Positions 1-9,422 of a DNA stretch of 62,896 nucleotides are shown in pieces (within the stretch, counting starts at the first letter, position 1; every line of letters begins with the position of its first letter). Source of the stretch: an uncultured virus (IMG/VR IMGVR_UViG_3300025411_000009) (taxonomy: Duplodnaviria > Heunggongvirae > Uroviricota > Caudoviricetes); the IMG/VR virus record IMGVR_UViG_3300025411_000009; one strand, given 5' to 3'. The translations under genes and the position numbers were made by a program. The notes beneath the pieces are model-generated. The model did not search any database and had not been told where the DNA came from. It was given only the letters and a program-made list of their open reading frames with translations.

Positions 1-712
1 ACTGTAGCCATAGACCTTGGTCATCATCAACTAAACCTTTTTCTTGTAAATCAACAAAAGATTGTGTCATTAGGTCGGACATTTTTTGCCACATATCTTT
101 ATGAGCCACCACTTTTGCACCCAAGATATAAACATCATTATTAAGAACAGCGTGGTCTATTGGTTTATCATCATATGGTTTGTAATTGAATAGGTGAATT
201 TTTGTTTCATCAAAATCATATTCCCATATTTTACTAGCAGGAATATTATTTTCACTACGGCAATAACCAAAATCAATCCATGCAACCATATCATTTTGTG
301 TATAATTATATTTGACAGCCATATTTGCAAAGTATGCTTTCAGATTAGTCACAAGAACATAATCAGGATTCCAATATTCTGGATTTCTTACTTGTTGAGG
401 ATTAACTTTCTTTTGGAATTCAGGATCTTTTTGAACATTAATGATTAAATCTCTCATATTAGAAAAATGACTATTCACATCAATTGGAATAATTTTTGTT
501 GTGTCTAAACGGTCTTTACATATATCAATTACCTTATGTTTTAAATCATCTGACGTGAAAACAGTAATGTCATTTTCCAATTTGCATAGATTACTAAATC
601 TTTCTAGATAAGTATCAGTTGTTCTATGCAAATAATGCGGTAGTCCTTTATCTGGTGTCCATTCACCACGACCAATATCAAAGAAAGCCGTTACTATTGA
701 AATTTTACTCAT
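1..712 (-). CDS. HtrL/YibB (WlaTC) family putative glycosyltransferase; 3' end runs off the window; not in the ORF track
   Basis: Translated by hand from ATG at 712: MSKISIVTAFFDIGRGEW...RTTDTYLERFSNLCKLENDITVFTS...DDQGLWL. The TAFFDIGRG start and DDQ motif are typical of HtrL/YibB. Confidence 0.7.
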   Translation of the reverse strand, partial: MSKISIVTAFFDIGRGEWTPDKGLPHYLHRTTDTYLERFSNLCKLENDITVFTSDDLKHKVIDICKDRLDTTKIIPIDVNSHFSNMRDLIINVQKDPEFQKKVNPQQVRNPEYWNPDYVLVTNLKAYFANMAVKYNYTQNDMVAWIDFGYCRSENNIPASKIWEYDFDETKIHLFNYKPYDDKPIDHAVLNNDVYILGAKVVAHKDMWQKMSDLMTQSFVDLQEKGLVDDDQGLWLQ

Positions 713-1554
713 TATGCAGTCCTGTAAACAAACATCTGTGATTCATCATCTTGTCCATATGTTACACGAACAAACTCTTTCCATTGTGGAACTCTATCAT
801 ATTGATGAACAATAGCAAATGGTTTATCTTTGTAATACACGATACCATCTTTTACTGTTGGTTCATCACATAATAAATTTGGTCTAAATCTGTTAATCTT
901 TGAAGGGTCAGCAACTGTGCCGGCTTCACAAGCCCAATCGACTGTCTTAAAAACTATATCTTTAAATGGTTGTGTATTGATTAACACATTGAATACTGCT
1001 TGGTCGACAATTGGAATAGGTCTATTAACTCCGTTGGTGAAAATATGAAACACCATATCTTTTACATATTCTGCTTGACCACCAAATGTTCCAACATTAA
1101 AGATTTCTTTATCTTTGAATAATTCATAAACATATGGACCGTATGCTTGTTTGAGATTTTCATCACCCCAAGATTCATCTTCATATTTTAATCCTTCTGA
1201 AGCAATAACAAGTTTATGGTTTCCACTTTCAATAAAATCAATTGGGTTTGTTTGAAAGTAAACATCTTTGACATCTGTTGTTACGACATATCTATAATTC
1301 GTCCATGTTGCTTGTAGATAATCATAGATGGCTAAAAATCTTGCTACATGAATAGGAACATTATCTAAATCCGGCATAGGGATTAATATAAAGTTTCTTT
1401 TTTCTAATTCTATTATTGTATTATTATCAGTTTTACCAACAACTAAAATTTTATCGCCTGTAAAACCACACTTATCAATTGATTCACACCAAGGTTTTAA
1501 TTGATTGTAGTTATAGTTTGTAAATGCACCAATGATTAAATCTTTTTGCGCCAT
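712..1554 (-). CDS. Putative GT-A fold glycosyltransferase
   Basis: TDVKDV DxD-like motif, DQAVFN and HQYDR motifs; lies in a glycosyltransferase cluster. Confidence 0.55.
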   Translation of the reverse strand: MAQKDLIIGAFTNYNYNQLKPWCESIDKCGFTGDKILVVGKTDNNTIIELEKRNFILIPMPDLDNVPIHVARFLAIYDYLQATWTNYRYVVTTDVKDVYFQTNPIDFIESGNHKLVIASEGLKYEDESWGDENLKQAYGPYVYELFKDKEIFNVGTFGGQAEYVKDMVFHIFTNGVNRPIPIVDQAVFNVLINTQPFKDIVFKTVDWACEAGTVADPSKINRFRPNLLCDEPTVKDGIVYYKDKPFAIVHQYDRVPQWKEFVRVTYGQDDESQMFVYRTA

Positions 1555-2252
1555 GGGAAATCTCCATTATATTTGTTTGTCATAATATTATTACCGTATT
1601 CAAAGAATTCTTTCTTTACTGAACCTGCATTACCATCAACTTGATATTTTACTGTATACTCACCTGTGCAATCAAATTTAGGAAAGTGTTGTGCCATAGC
1701 TTGAAAGAATATTCTATCTTGACCCCAACCGCCATGCCATGCTGATGCTATTTTTGTTGCTACACTTGTTTTGATACAATAACAATTAGTATCTATGTGA
1801 TTATAATCTCCACTAAAAACAGGCCATTTACCTAGTGATTCACAATCATCTCGACATGAATAATTTCCATCTTTGTCATAGATTTCTCGTAATGAGTATG
1901 ACCAGTCTAGGTCTTTTTCTTTAATAGTATCGATACAAGATTTAACGTGATTAGGTTTTAATGATACATCTTGGTCAAGATATAATACATATTCTGTATC
2001 TATTAGATGACTGAATGCAGCATAGACTCGATGGCCATAGAAACCATTGGCACCAACATTGATTGGTAAATAACAAACTTTTAGATTTTTGTTACCAAGA
2101 TAATCACTTACAATAACACTAGATGGACCTTTAAATTCTTGACCATCAATTACAACATAAACTGTTGTTGGGTAAGTTTGATTTAAAGCAGATTCAATAG
2201 CATTCCTACAAACAGGATTACCTGTTATAGGTATAATCACGGTAGCACTCAT
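1536..2252 (-). CDS. Glycosyltransferase family 2
   Basis: VIIP...AIESALNQTY...VVIDG N-terminus; YLDQD DxD motif. Confidence 0.85.
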   Translation of the reverse strand: MSATVIIPITGNPVCRNAIESALNQTYPTTVYVVIDGQEFKGPSSVIVSDYLGNKNLKVCYLPINVGANGFYGHRVYAAFSHLIDTEYVLYLDQDVSLKPNHVKSCIDTIKEKDLDWSYSLREIYDKDGNYSCRDDCESLGKWPVFSGDYNHIDTNCYCIKTSVATKIASAWHGGWGQDRIFFQAMAQHFPKFDCTGEYTVKYQVDGNAGSVKKEFFEYGNNIMTNKYNGDFPWRKKI

Positions 2253-2254
2253 AA

Positions 2255-2533
2255 TTAATCTCTAGTTAGTTTTAAAATTCGTTCTATTTGTTTCTCTATG
2301 ATAGGTGTTCTGTTAGGCCAATATATGTATTCTTTATCGCCTGTAGAATGGAGTTTTGTAAGGAAAGGAATAATAATTTTTTCAACTTCATTCAATCTTG
2401 CTTTATAATCATCTGCTGTTTGTGCTGTATTCTTTATGACAGAATTATATTCTTCTTCTGATACTGCTGAAAATCCATAATCATTATCAGATTCATATTG
2501 TTTTGCTAACTTATCAAAATCAATTAATGCCAT
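2255..2533 (-). CDS. Hypothetical phage protein
   Basis: 92-aa ORF tightly packed between its neighbours. Confidence 0.6.
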   Translation of the reverse strand: MALIDFDKLAKQYESDNDYGFSAVSEEEYNSVIKNTAQTADDYKARLNEVEKIIIPFLTKLHSTGDKEYIYWPNRTPIIEKQIERILKLTRD

Positions 2534-2985
2534 TATTTGTTTATCTCTATTTTAATATCATGTAGTAAATTATATAGGTCTAATAAATCCACGATGGAAC
2601 TAAAGTTATTACGGAAGAATTTAGTAATCTCATTCTTTTCATATTCACGATTTCTTTTTGTTGATGGTTCTTTAGCATCAAGTATTCTATGATTTAAATC
2701 TTCTCTAATTCTATCTAACAACTTTACGCCTTCAGCCTTAGTGTCATTTATCTTACCTTCAGGTAAAATCTTTTTAAAGTAATCTCTATATCTTTCTGTA
2801 ACAGAAATTTGATTGATAACGCCAGGCGGAATGTCTTCTAATTTCTTTTTAGCAATTCTTAATGCTCGACTAACATCAGGCAAATCTTCTTTTTTCTTTT
2901 CGATATAAGCCTCGACAATTTTAAATGCCTGTTCTACGCCTTTTTGGCCATGGTAAACTGAATGTTGTATATCGTCTAGTGTCAT
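2533..2985 (-). CDS. Hypothetical protein
   Basis: 150-aa ORF, stop overlaps the next start codon. Confidence 0.55.
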   Translation of the reverse strand: MTLDDIQHSVYHGQKGVEQAFKIVEAYIEKKKEDLPDVSRALRIAKKKLEDIPPGVINQISVTERYRDYFKKILPEGKINDTKAEGVKLLDRIREDLNHRILDAKEPSTKRNREYEKNEITKFFRNNFSSIVDLLDLYNLLHDIKIEINK

Positions 2986-2986
2986 A

Positions 2987-4237
2987 TTATTTTGCTATTA
3001 CAAATTTACTGGATTCTTCTGTTCTAGATGTGACATATTGGTACATCAATCGAACAAATTTGTCACTTCTATTTTTATCTTTATCTAAAAAACTAACTAT
3101 CTCTGGTATAAGAACATTGGTTACAATTAAAGCACTATATTCTTCTCTAATATTATCGTATGCTTCTTTTAACTTTTTGTTTGATTTGCCAGGATTTTCT
3201 CCCATATCTTTAACTTTTTTGTTAAATTCTTTTTTAACTTTTTCAAGCGTTGAATAAAATTTACTAGCAAATTGCTCATCTATTAAAGCAAATAGTGAAT
3301 AAAATACATCGGATGAACTTACTGAGCCTCCTCTCGCTTCTCCACCAGATACCACAAATTCAGCTTTGAAAGCATTTGATGATGGATCATGCCTCATAAT
3401 AATAGTTTTTTTCTTATCAGTTTTATCTAGATAGATACTCAAATATCTAGGTTGAGGTGATTTTGGTGTATACTTTTTAAAGTTATTTGTTCCATTAAAT
3501 GAGAATTTTTTAATTTCATCTAACTCTTGTTTTCTATCAAAATTAACTTTTTGTAATACAACTTGTTTAGTTTGTTTTTTTAGTGATAATGGAAGTAATT
3601 GCCCACCATCAATCAAATCACTAATCAATACATTTAAATCAGCAAAACTATATCCTTTTTTATCTTTACCAGAATTATTTTTTACAGCCTCTTCAATATT
3701 ATCTCTTGCTAAATCTGAAGCAAAGTAAATATCAGCAGGTGACCATTTGTTAAGGTTTGCAAAGACAGCGCCTTTTTTAGCACCTTTTGTTTTATTAAAT
3801 TCTTTTTGTGTTTCATTAGCTTTCTTAAAAAGCTCTTCAATATTTTTCATTACTGGTTTATCACCACGAACAAACCATATTTCTGCTGCTTTAGGTTTTT
3901 TTATACCTTTAAAATTTGTAATAACTTTATCAATATCTTCTATAAGTTTTTTTGCTATGAGAACAGAAGAAATAAACCAATCAGGATTTTCTTTTAAAAA
4001 CTTAACTATATCTTTATATGATATAGCAGGTGATTCTACATGCGAGTGAAAAATAGATTCTATTGATTTAGTTTTGTATAAACTGTCCCAATATTTAGCA
4101 AACACCTCATATGACTTATATAAATCAATATTAAATAAATCAGATACACCTTTTTTACCGCTAGTCAATAAGACATAATCTGCCAAAGCACAAAAGAGTG
4201 CTTGAGATGATTCCGATAGTGTGGTTTTATCTGCCAT
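2987..4237 (-). CDS. Hypothetical protein, possible PD-(D/E)xK-type endonuclease
   Basis: N-terminal ESSQAL helix, NKWSPADIY and PLSLKK motifs resemble a degenerate restriction-endonuclease active site; Lys-rich. Confidence 0.4.
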   Translation of the reverse strand: MADKTTLSESSQALFCALADYVLLTSGKKGVSDLFNIDLYKSYEVFAKYWDSLYKTKSIESIFHSHVESPAISYKDIVKFLKENPDWFISSVLIAKKLIEDIDKVITNFKGIKKPKAAEIWFVRGDKPVMKNIEELFKKANETQKEFNKTKGAKKGAVFANLNKWSPADIYFASDLARDNIEEAVKNNSGKDKKGYSFADLNVLISDLIDGGQLLPLSLKKQTKQVVLQKVNFDRKQELDEIKKFSFNGTNNFKKYTPKSPQPRYLSIYLDKTDKKKTIIMRHDPSSNAFKAEFVVSGGEARGGSVSSSDVFYSLFALIDEQFASKFYSTLEKVKKEFNKKVKDMGENPGKSNKKLKEAYDNIREEYSALIVTNVLIPEIVSFLDKDKNRSDKFVRLMYQYVTSRTEESSKFVIAK

Positions 4238-4246
4238 AAGCCTTAT

Positions 4247-5359
4247 TTATCTAATAATTTGTATGTCTTTACCAGATGTCCAAACTTCGAGTTCTGTTCT
4301 TAATCGACCTTCCGCTTTCAATGTATCATAACGATTAGATGCCTTATTCTTCCACCAAGCAATAATATTGTTTAATTCATGCTTTTCGTAGTTTTCACCA
4401 GGTATTAATGTATCTGCTTTGCCATTGACAAAATCAACCATATTCTTAAAACCATAGTCTGAAACAAAATATCTTTTCTTTTCTGTTAGACTTTTAGCAT
4501 TCTCAATCGTCTTCAAGAATGTATCACCTTCTGGTGTTCCTTTTAATGCAGCTTTAGTCATAGCAATAATCTTGGTAAATGTTCTTAACTTTCTACTAGT
4601 AGATGATTCTTCACCTTCTAATATGTCACCAACTTTGCTTTCAACAAAAGTCTTTAAGTCATTATATCTTTCACCGTGCATCATTGGTACAACATCCGAA
4701 TCAGTTAAACCTTTAAATCGAATGAATGGTTTCATACCGTCATATTGAGATACCGCTTTACTACTACCATAAAGACTGGTAGTTTCAAATAGACACAGAT
4801 TCATACCATATTTTTTATTACATATCTCTCTAACGGTATGTGATGTGCAAATGGCAGCTAGTAATTTACCACCTAGATAATTGAAACCAAATGGTTGAGA
4901 TGGAACAATCACAAAACCCATAATACTGCTGTCATTAAAGAGTTTAGCACCCTCCGTTGTTTGCGAGAACACTTGTCCTAGCATTTCATTTCTTGGTCTC
5001 ATATAAATGACTGGAGAACCTAAACGAATGAATCCTAGTATCTTTCCTGTGTTTTTCTCTCTAACTGCCAATTGTATATTTCTGCCAACTGGTGCTTTAT
5101 TAACATGAGATGATGTTATTGCCAAAAGTGTTTCCCATGTTTCATTTGGTAATTCACAAACTTCGATATCCATATCATTTGGATGCATAGAAAAGTCTGA
5201 AAACAAATCATCTTCTGGCGGAAATAAAGATGATGGAATACTTTCTACATGCTTTAGTTTTTCATCTCTCATGTATTGTTCTATATTCTCAAAATTATCG
5301 AAGTAATCTTGGAACACTTTAGAACAATGTAAAGCATCTTCTCTATGTAAACTTATCAT
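4247..5359 (-). CDS. DUF4338 (DruA-like / Mom-related GNAT) protein, paralogue 1
   Basis: GRNIQLAV, GKILGFIRLGSP, PFGFNYLGGKLLA and ETTSLYG..SQYDG motifs, shared with 28424..29689. Confidence 0.7.
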   Translation of the reverse strand: MISLHREDALHCSKVFQDYFDNFENIEQYMRDEKLKHVESIPSSLFPPEDDLFSDFSMHPNDMDIEVCELPNETWETLLAITSSHVNKAPVGRNIQLAVREKNTGKILGFIRLGSPVIYMRPRNEMLGQVFSQTTEGAKLFNDSSIMGFVIVPSQPFGFNYLGGKLLAAICTSHTVREICNKKYGMNLCLFETTSLYGSSKAVSQYDGMKPFIRFKGLTDSDVVPMMHGERYNDLKTFVESKVGDILEGEESSTSRKLRTFTKIIAMTKAALKGTPEGDTFLKTIENAKSLTEKKRYFVSDYGFKNMVDFVNGKADTLIPGENYEKHELNNIIAWWKNKASNRYDTLKAEGRLRTELEVWTSGKDIQIIR

Positions 5360-6723
5360 ACTTTAAAGCCTTCAAATTTCTTCGTTTGTGGTTTTTGATG
5401 ACCATGACCAGCATCAGCAAGACCTGTTTGAGCAGATTGTTCAATATCATAGAGTTTCATTTTAGCACGGTCAATACCAACTGTAAATCTCTTATAATGT
5501 GTTGGATCAGCATATCGATTTTTTAATTGTTTAACCATAATTTGGCCAAGTTCATCAAGTTCTTCTGAAGCAATCAAAGCAAACATCAAATCGGCAGTTG
5601 CTGGTAAACCAAATGATTCGGAAGTATCTTCAAGGCCTGGATCGGAACTTGTATAACCACTTCTTGTCGTTTGAGTTGCTGAAACAATCGGCACATTAGT
5701 TTCTACGGCAAGACCACGTAATTCTTCAGCAATGGCTTTAACATATGTGTAAGAGTTGATTGAGGCGCCAGGTTTGATTCTAGCGGAACAACAAATATTA
5801 AGATAATCAATAAAGATAATATCAGGAATAAAATTCCTTTTAAGATTGAGTTCATTTAATAATGTCCTGAAATGAATAGCAGATGCTGAAGCGGTCGGAT
5901 ATTCTTTAATGATAAGTTTGCCTGTAGTCATATCTCTGACTTTGGATACTTTCTTATCATAGATGTCTTTAGGTAATTCTTTCAAATCATCTAGTGTTAC
6001 GTTGAGAAGATTAGCATCAATTCGTTCAGCAATCTTTTCTTCCGCCATTTCTAAAGTGATATAAAGAACATTCTTACCTTGAACCATGCAAGAAGCAGCA
6101 ACATGGCACATAAACAAGCTCTTACCGACTCCTGTTCCAGCCAAAGCAATATTGAGTGTCTTTGACGGTAGACCGCCATTCGTAATTTTGTTAAAGTATT
6201 CCAAATCAAATGGAATTCTTTCTTCTTTTCTATGATAGAATTCAAATCGTTCATCGGAGTTCTCCAAATAATCATGACCAACATTTCTGTCGAAAGATAC
6301 TGATAGTGCATCAGCAAGAATTTGAGGTATTGCGCCTTTATCGTGAGTTTTATCTTTGCCGTCAAGAATAGTAATTGAATTTAGAACGGCATTATAGACG
6401 GCTTTCTCTTGACAAAACTTTTCAGTCTTATCAATTAGCCATTGTATCTCCGTTTTATCTTGGCTATCTTTGCGAATCTCGCTGAGAAGATTTTCAGATT
6501 TCTCAACTTCTTCAGCTGTGAGTGCTGATTTCTCCTTAACAGCGATTGAAAGCGCCTCGATAGTCGGTGCGGCATTATACGAGGTAGTAAATTTTTCCGT
6601 TTCTTCAAAAAGAATCTTTTCTGATTTGTCAGCAAAATATTCCGCCTTTAGAAATGGTAATACTTTTCGTAAGTAGTCTTCATTGTAAATCAGATTCTTT
6701 AATATCGTTTGTTCCAGTTTCAT
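5356..6723 (-). CDS. 41: Replicative DNA helicase (T4 gp41-like)
   Basis: Walker A AGTGVGKS, IDYLNI, SATQTTR, SESFGLPATAD, KQLKNRY. Confidence 0.97.
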   Translation of the reverse strand: MKLEQTILKNLIYNEDYLRKVLPFLKAEYFADKSEKILFEETEKFTTSYNAAPTIEALSIAVKEKSALTAEEVEKSENLLSEIRKDSQDKTEIQWLIDKTEKFCQEKAVYNAVLNSITILDGKDKTHDKGAIPQILADALSVSFDRNVGHDYLENSDERFEFYHRKEERIPFDLEYFNKITNGGLPSKTLNIALAGTGVGKSLFMCHVAASCMVQGKNVLYITLEMAEEKIAERIDANLLNVTLDDLKELPKDIYDKKVSKVRDMTTGKLIIKEYPTASASAIHFRTLLNELNLKRNFIPDIIFIDYLNICCSARIKPGASINSYTYVKAIAEELRGLAVETNVPIVSATQTTRSGYTSSDPGLEDTSESFGLPATADLMFALIASEELDELGQIMVKQLKNRYADPTHYKRFTVGIDRAKMKLYDIEQSAQTGLADAGHGHQKPQTKKFEGFKV

Positions 6724-7003
6724 CAGTTATATCCTGCTCAATGTTTGATGACATGATTTCAACAAGCAAATCACCAATATAGTTTTTAAATGTTTCATCT
6801 TTTTCTAACTTCCTAGGTTTATCTACCTTGGATTCTAACACATCGTAGCCAAAAAGTAAATACATTTGCTCATTCTTTTCCTCAAATTTAACCTTACCAT
6901 ATTTGAATAAGGTATCTTTATAAGGACCGTCTAGAAACTTTATATGTACCGACTTTTCATCTTCTTTTGGGTAGATGAAGCAGTAATCAACGCCTTCAAT
7001 CAT
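6680..7003 (-). CDS. Hypothetical protein in the position of T4 gp40 (between uvsX and 41)
   Basis: GGAG RBS supports a start at 7003/7006; the gp40 link is positional only. Confidence 0.5.
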   Translation of the reverse strand: MIEGVDYCFIYPKEDEKSVHIKFLDGPYKDTLFKYGKVKFEEKNEQMYLLFGYDVLESKVDKPRKLEKDETFKNYIGDLLVEIMSSNIEQDITDETGTNDIKESDLQ

Positions 7004-8078
7004 CATCTGCTCCGTTAGTTGTTTTAATTTCAGCAAAAAGATTTTCATGACCACCTTGCATAATTTCTGCTGATGCCACTCTATATTTGTTTTCAACAAA
7101 TTCACGGAACTTCTTATTTGTTAAAATTGGCATCCAAAATTCTTTAGTGTCAGTTTCTTTTATACGGTATTTCTTCTCTTCCACAACACCGGTTTCCGTA
7201 TCAACCTGCGAATACCAACCATTTGAAGGTTTAACAACGAAGTTGCCTTCAAGCGCAAGGTCAAGTAAACCTGACCAACGGCTAACGCCACCTTCAAACG
7301 AAACGGTAACAGGTATCTTACTTTTTTCTTTAACATATCTTGATTTCTCCACATTAATAATAAAGTTATAACCAATCACTTCCGTGCCTTCTTTTTCTTG
7401 CTGACGACCTAGAATAAAGATATTATCAGCAGAATAATATGAACCTGTTCCACCACCAACGATATCTTTAGGGAACATACCAATTTCTTTATATGTGTGA
7501 TTGACAACAATCATTGGAATATTTTTAAGATTTAAATGTGGTGTAACCATTCTGAATAATGATTTAACTTGTTTTGCTCTTGACATATCAGCAACAGATT
7601 TTTGTTCTAGTGCATCTTCAACTTCTTTCTTTGAAGCAAGATTACCAATAGAATCAATAACAATAATTAATCTATCATCTCTTTCAAGATTAGATAATTG
7701 TTGCATAATGTCAAATTTTAATTCCTCAATATCTGTAAGAGGAGTATGAAGCACACGATTTGGATCAATGCCGAAGGACTCGAAATAAGATTGTGGGGAA
7801 CCGAACTCTGAATCATAGAATAATAAGGCAGCATCAGGATATTTGTCCAAGTAAGATTTAGCCATCAAAAGTGAAAATGCGGTCTTAAAGTGTTTTGATG
7901 GGCCTGCCCACATTGTAAGACCTGGTGTTAAACCGCCATCTAATTTACCAGATAGTGCCACATTGATAATCGGCACCGAAGTTGGTATCATATCTTTGTC
8001 TGTAAAAAATTTAGACTTTGATAAAATGGCGGCTTCTTTGATACTACTATTTTTCTTAATCTTGTCAAGAATACTCAT
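6996..8078 (-). CDS. uvsX: RecA-like recombinase UvsX
   Basis: AGPSKHFKT P-loop, YDSEFG, DSIGNLAS, GGTGSYYSAD. Confidence 0.97.
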   Translation of the reverse strand: MSILDKIKKNSSIKEAAILSKSKFFTDKDMIPTSVPIINVALSGKLDGGLTPGLTMWAGPSKHFKTAFSLLMAKSYLDKYPDAALLFYDSEFGSPQSYFESFGIDPNRVLHTPLTDIEELKFDIMQQLSNLERDDRLIIVIDSIGNLASKKEVEDALEQKSVADMSRAKQVKSLFRMVTPHLNLKNIPMIVVNHTYKEIGMFPKDIVGGGTGSYYSADNIFILGRQQEKEGTEVIGYNFIINVEKSRYVKEKSKIPVTVSFEGGVSRWSGLLDLALEGNFVVKPSNGWYSQVDTETGVVEEKKYRIKETDTKEFWMPILTNKKFREFVENKYRVASAEIMQGGHENLFAEIKTTNGADDD

Positions 8079-8101
8079 AATCTACCTTTCAAATTTAATT
8101 A

Positions 8102-8434
8102 TTATCTACATCCTACGAATTGTTGTGTTGTATAACTTCTTCCGTAAGCATCATATTGTATTACTGTATTATATATCGCTTGGTATGGATATGGACACGC
8201 TACAGATGGTGTAGATGGTGCTATAACTACCGGAGGTGCATAATATCTTGGTTGTGCTAATTCATAACCAATTACTCCACCAATTAATGCTGGTCCAACC
8301 CAACCCATACCGCCATTATGATAACCTCCATGATAACCACCATGATATCCGCCATAACCACCACGGAAACCACCGTGTTCATGTGCCATTGCTGTGCTTG
8401 ACACTAATAATAAACCAATCAACAACTTCTTCAT
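8102..8434 (-). CDS. Secreted Gly/His/Tyr-rich small protein
   Basis: AAGGAG RBS before ATG 8434; signal peptide MKKLLIGLLLVSSTAMA; GGYH repeats; a hydrophobic segment, then a Pro-rich tail. Confidence 0.65.
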   Translation of the reverse strand: MKKLLIGLLLVSSTAMAHEHGGFRGGYGGYHGGYHGGYHNGGMGWVGPALIGGVIGYELAQPRYYAPPVVIAPSTPSVACPYPYQAIYNTVIQYDAYGRSYTTQQFVGCR

Positions 8435-8435
8435 T

Positions 8436-9422
8436 TTACTTCTCCTTTTTTTCCTTAAAAGCCAATTCAACTTTCTCATCATATGTTTGAATTGGAACTG
8501 ATTGCTCTTCAAATCTTCCGTGGCCATTATGAACCATTCTTGTTTCGTATAATGGCGGAATAGTTTCACCTGAAGCACCATCTATTACAATAGACGGCTC
8601 AGGTGTATCTATTTTTGCTACATTCTTTTTTTCAACTTCAATTGTATCGTTTTGTTTCTCTACTTCCGGTTCTTTTACTTGTTCTTTAGGTTCATCATGC
8701 CATGGGTCTTCACTTACCGGTTGCCAAACTTGTTTCCAACCTTCTGGCTTTTCTTCTTCTTTCTTTGCCGCTATTCCCATATTAGCAGCTACCAATAATA
8801 ACACAGCTAAGGGGTCAAATACAACCATTATTATCATGATTACCAAGCGGACAGCCTTATCTACACCATTTATATCATCTGTACCGTAAATTAATTCGGA
8901 AACATATTTGATTGGACCAATATCGGCAAGTTGTTTATTCTCTTGACTTAATAATGGCAATCTTTGTTTATTGATTGATGATAATTCTTTTTGTGTTTCT
9001 TGAATTTGTCTATCAAGTTTATTACTTGCTGTTGATGGGTCTTTAGCACGAGCAAGAAGATAGTCTAATCTATCATGTGTAATCTTTTCTTGTTGGTTTA
9101 ATGTTCTTAATTCAACAGTATTTTCACCAGTTGAAATTGTAGAATCAATATGTGCTTTTGCTAAGAAACCAAAAATACCCATTGATGTGATTAGCATTAG
9201 AATTAAAACAGCAATAGTTAAATATGTTCTTAATAATACTGGTGCTGTTTTCCAATTACGATATAACCATGAAGCGGTTACTAATTTAGCAAATTCTAAA
9301 ACTGAACCCATGAATACGATTGGCCAAAAAGCACCAACGAATATCTTTGCTAAACCTATGACTGAATAATAAGCTGCTATACTTGATAATAAGAATGCAG
9401 CTAAAAATGTGAAAAATATCAT
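8436..9422 (-). CDS. Multi-pass membrane protein with coiled coil, function unknown
   Basis: Three N-terminal TM segments, a coiled coil, a TM segment with FDPLA, charged tail. Confidence 0.7.
   Translation of the reverse strand: MIFFTFLAAFLLSSIAAYYSVIGLAKIFVGAFWPIVFMGSVLEFAKLVTASWLYRNWKTAPVLLRTYLTIAVLILMLITSMGIFGFLAKAHIDSTISTGENTVELRTLNQQEKITHDRLDYLLARAKDPSTASNKLDRQIQETQKELSSINKQRLPLLSQENKQLADIGPIKYVSELIYGTDDINGVDKAVRLVIMIIMVVFDPLAVLLLVAANMGIAAKKEEEKPEGWKQVWQPVSEDPWHDEPKEQVKEPEVEKQNDTIEVEKKNVAKIDTPEPSIVIDGASGETIPPLYETRMVHNGHGRFEEQSVPIQTYDEKVELAFKEKKEK

Noticed and set aside
194..448. Plus-strand 84-aa ORF and the many other short antisense or alternate-frame ORFs in the track
   Set aside because: They overlap well-supported genes on the other strand or frame and lack RBS or recognisable motifs
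4247..5359. Complete Druantia defence system
   Set aside because: Only DUF4338 genes are present; there is no DruE-like large helicase or other dru genes, and the context is phage replication
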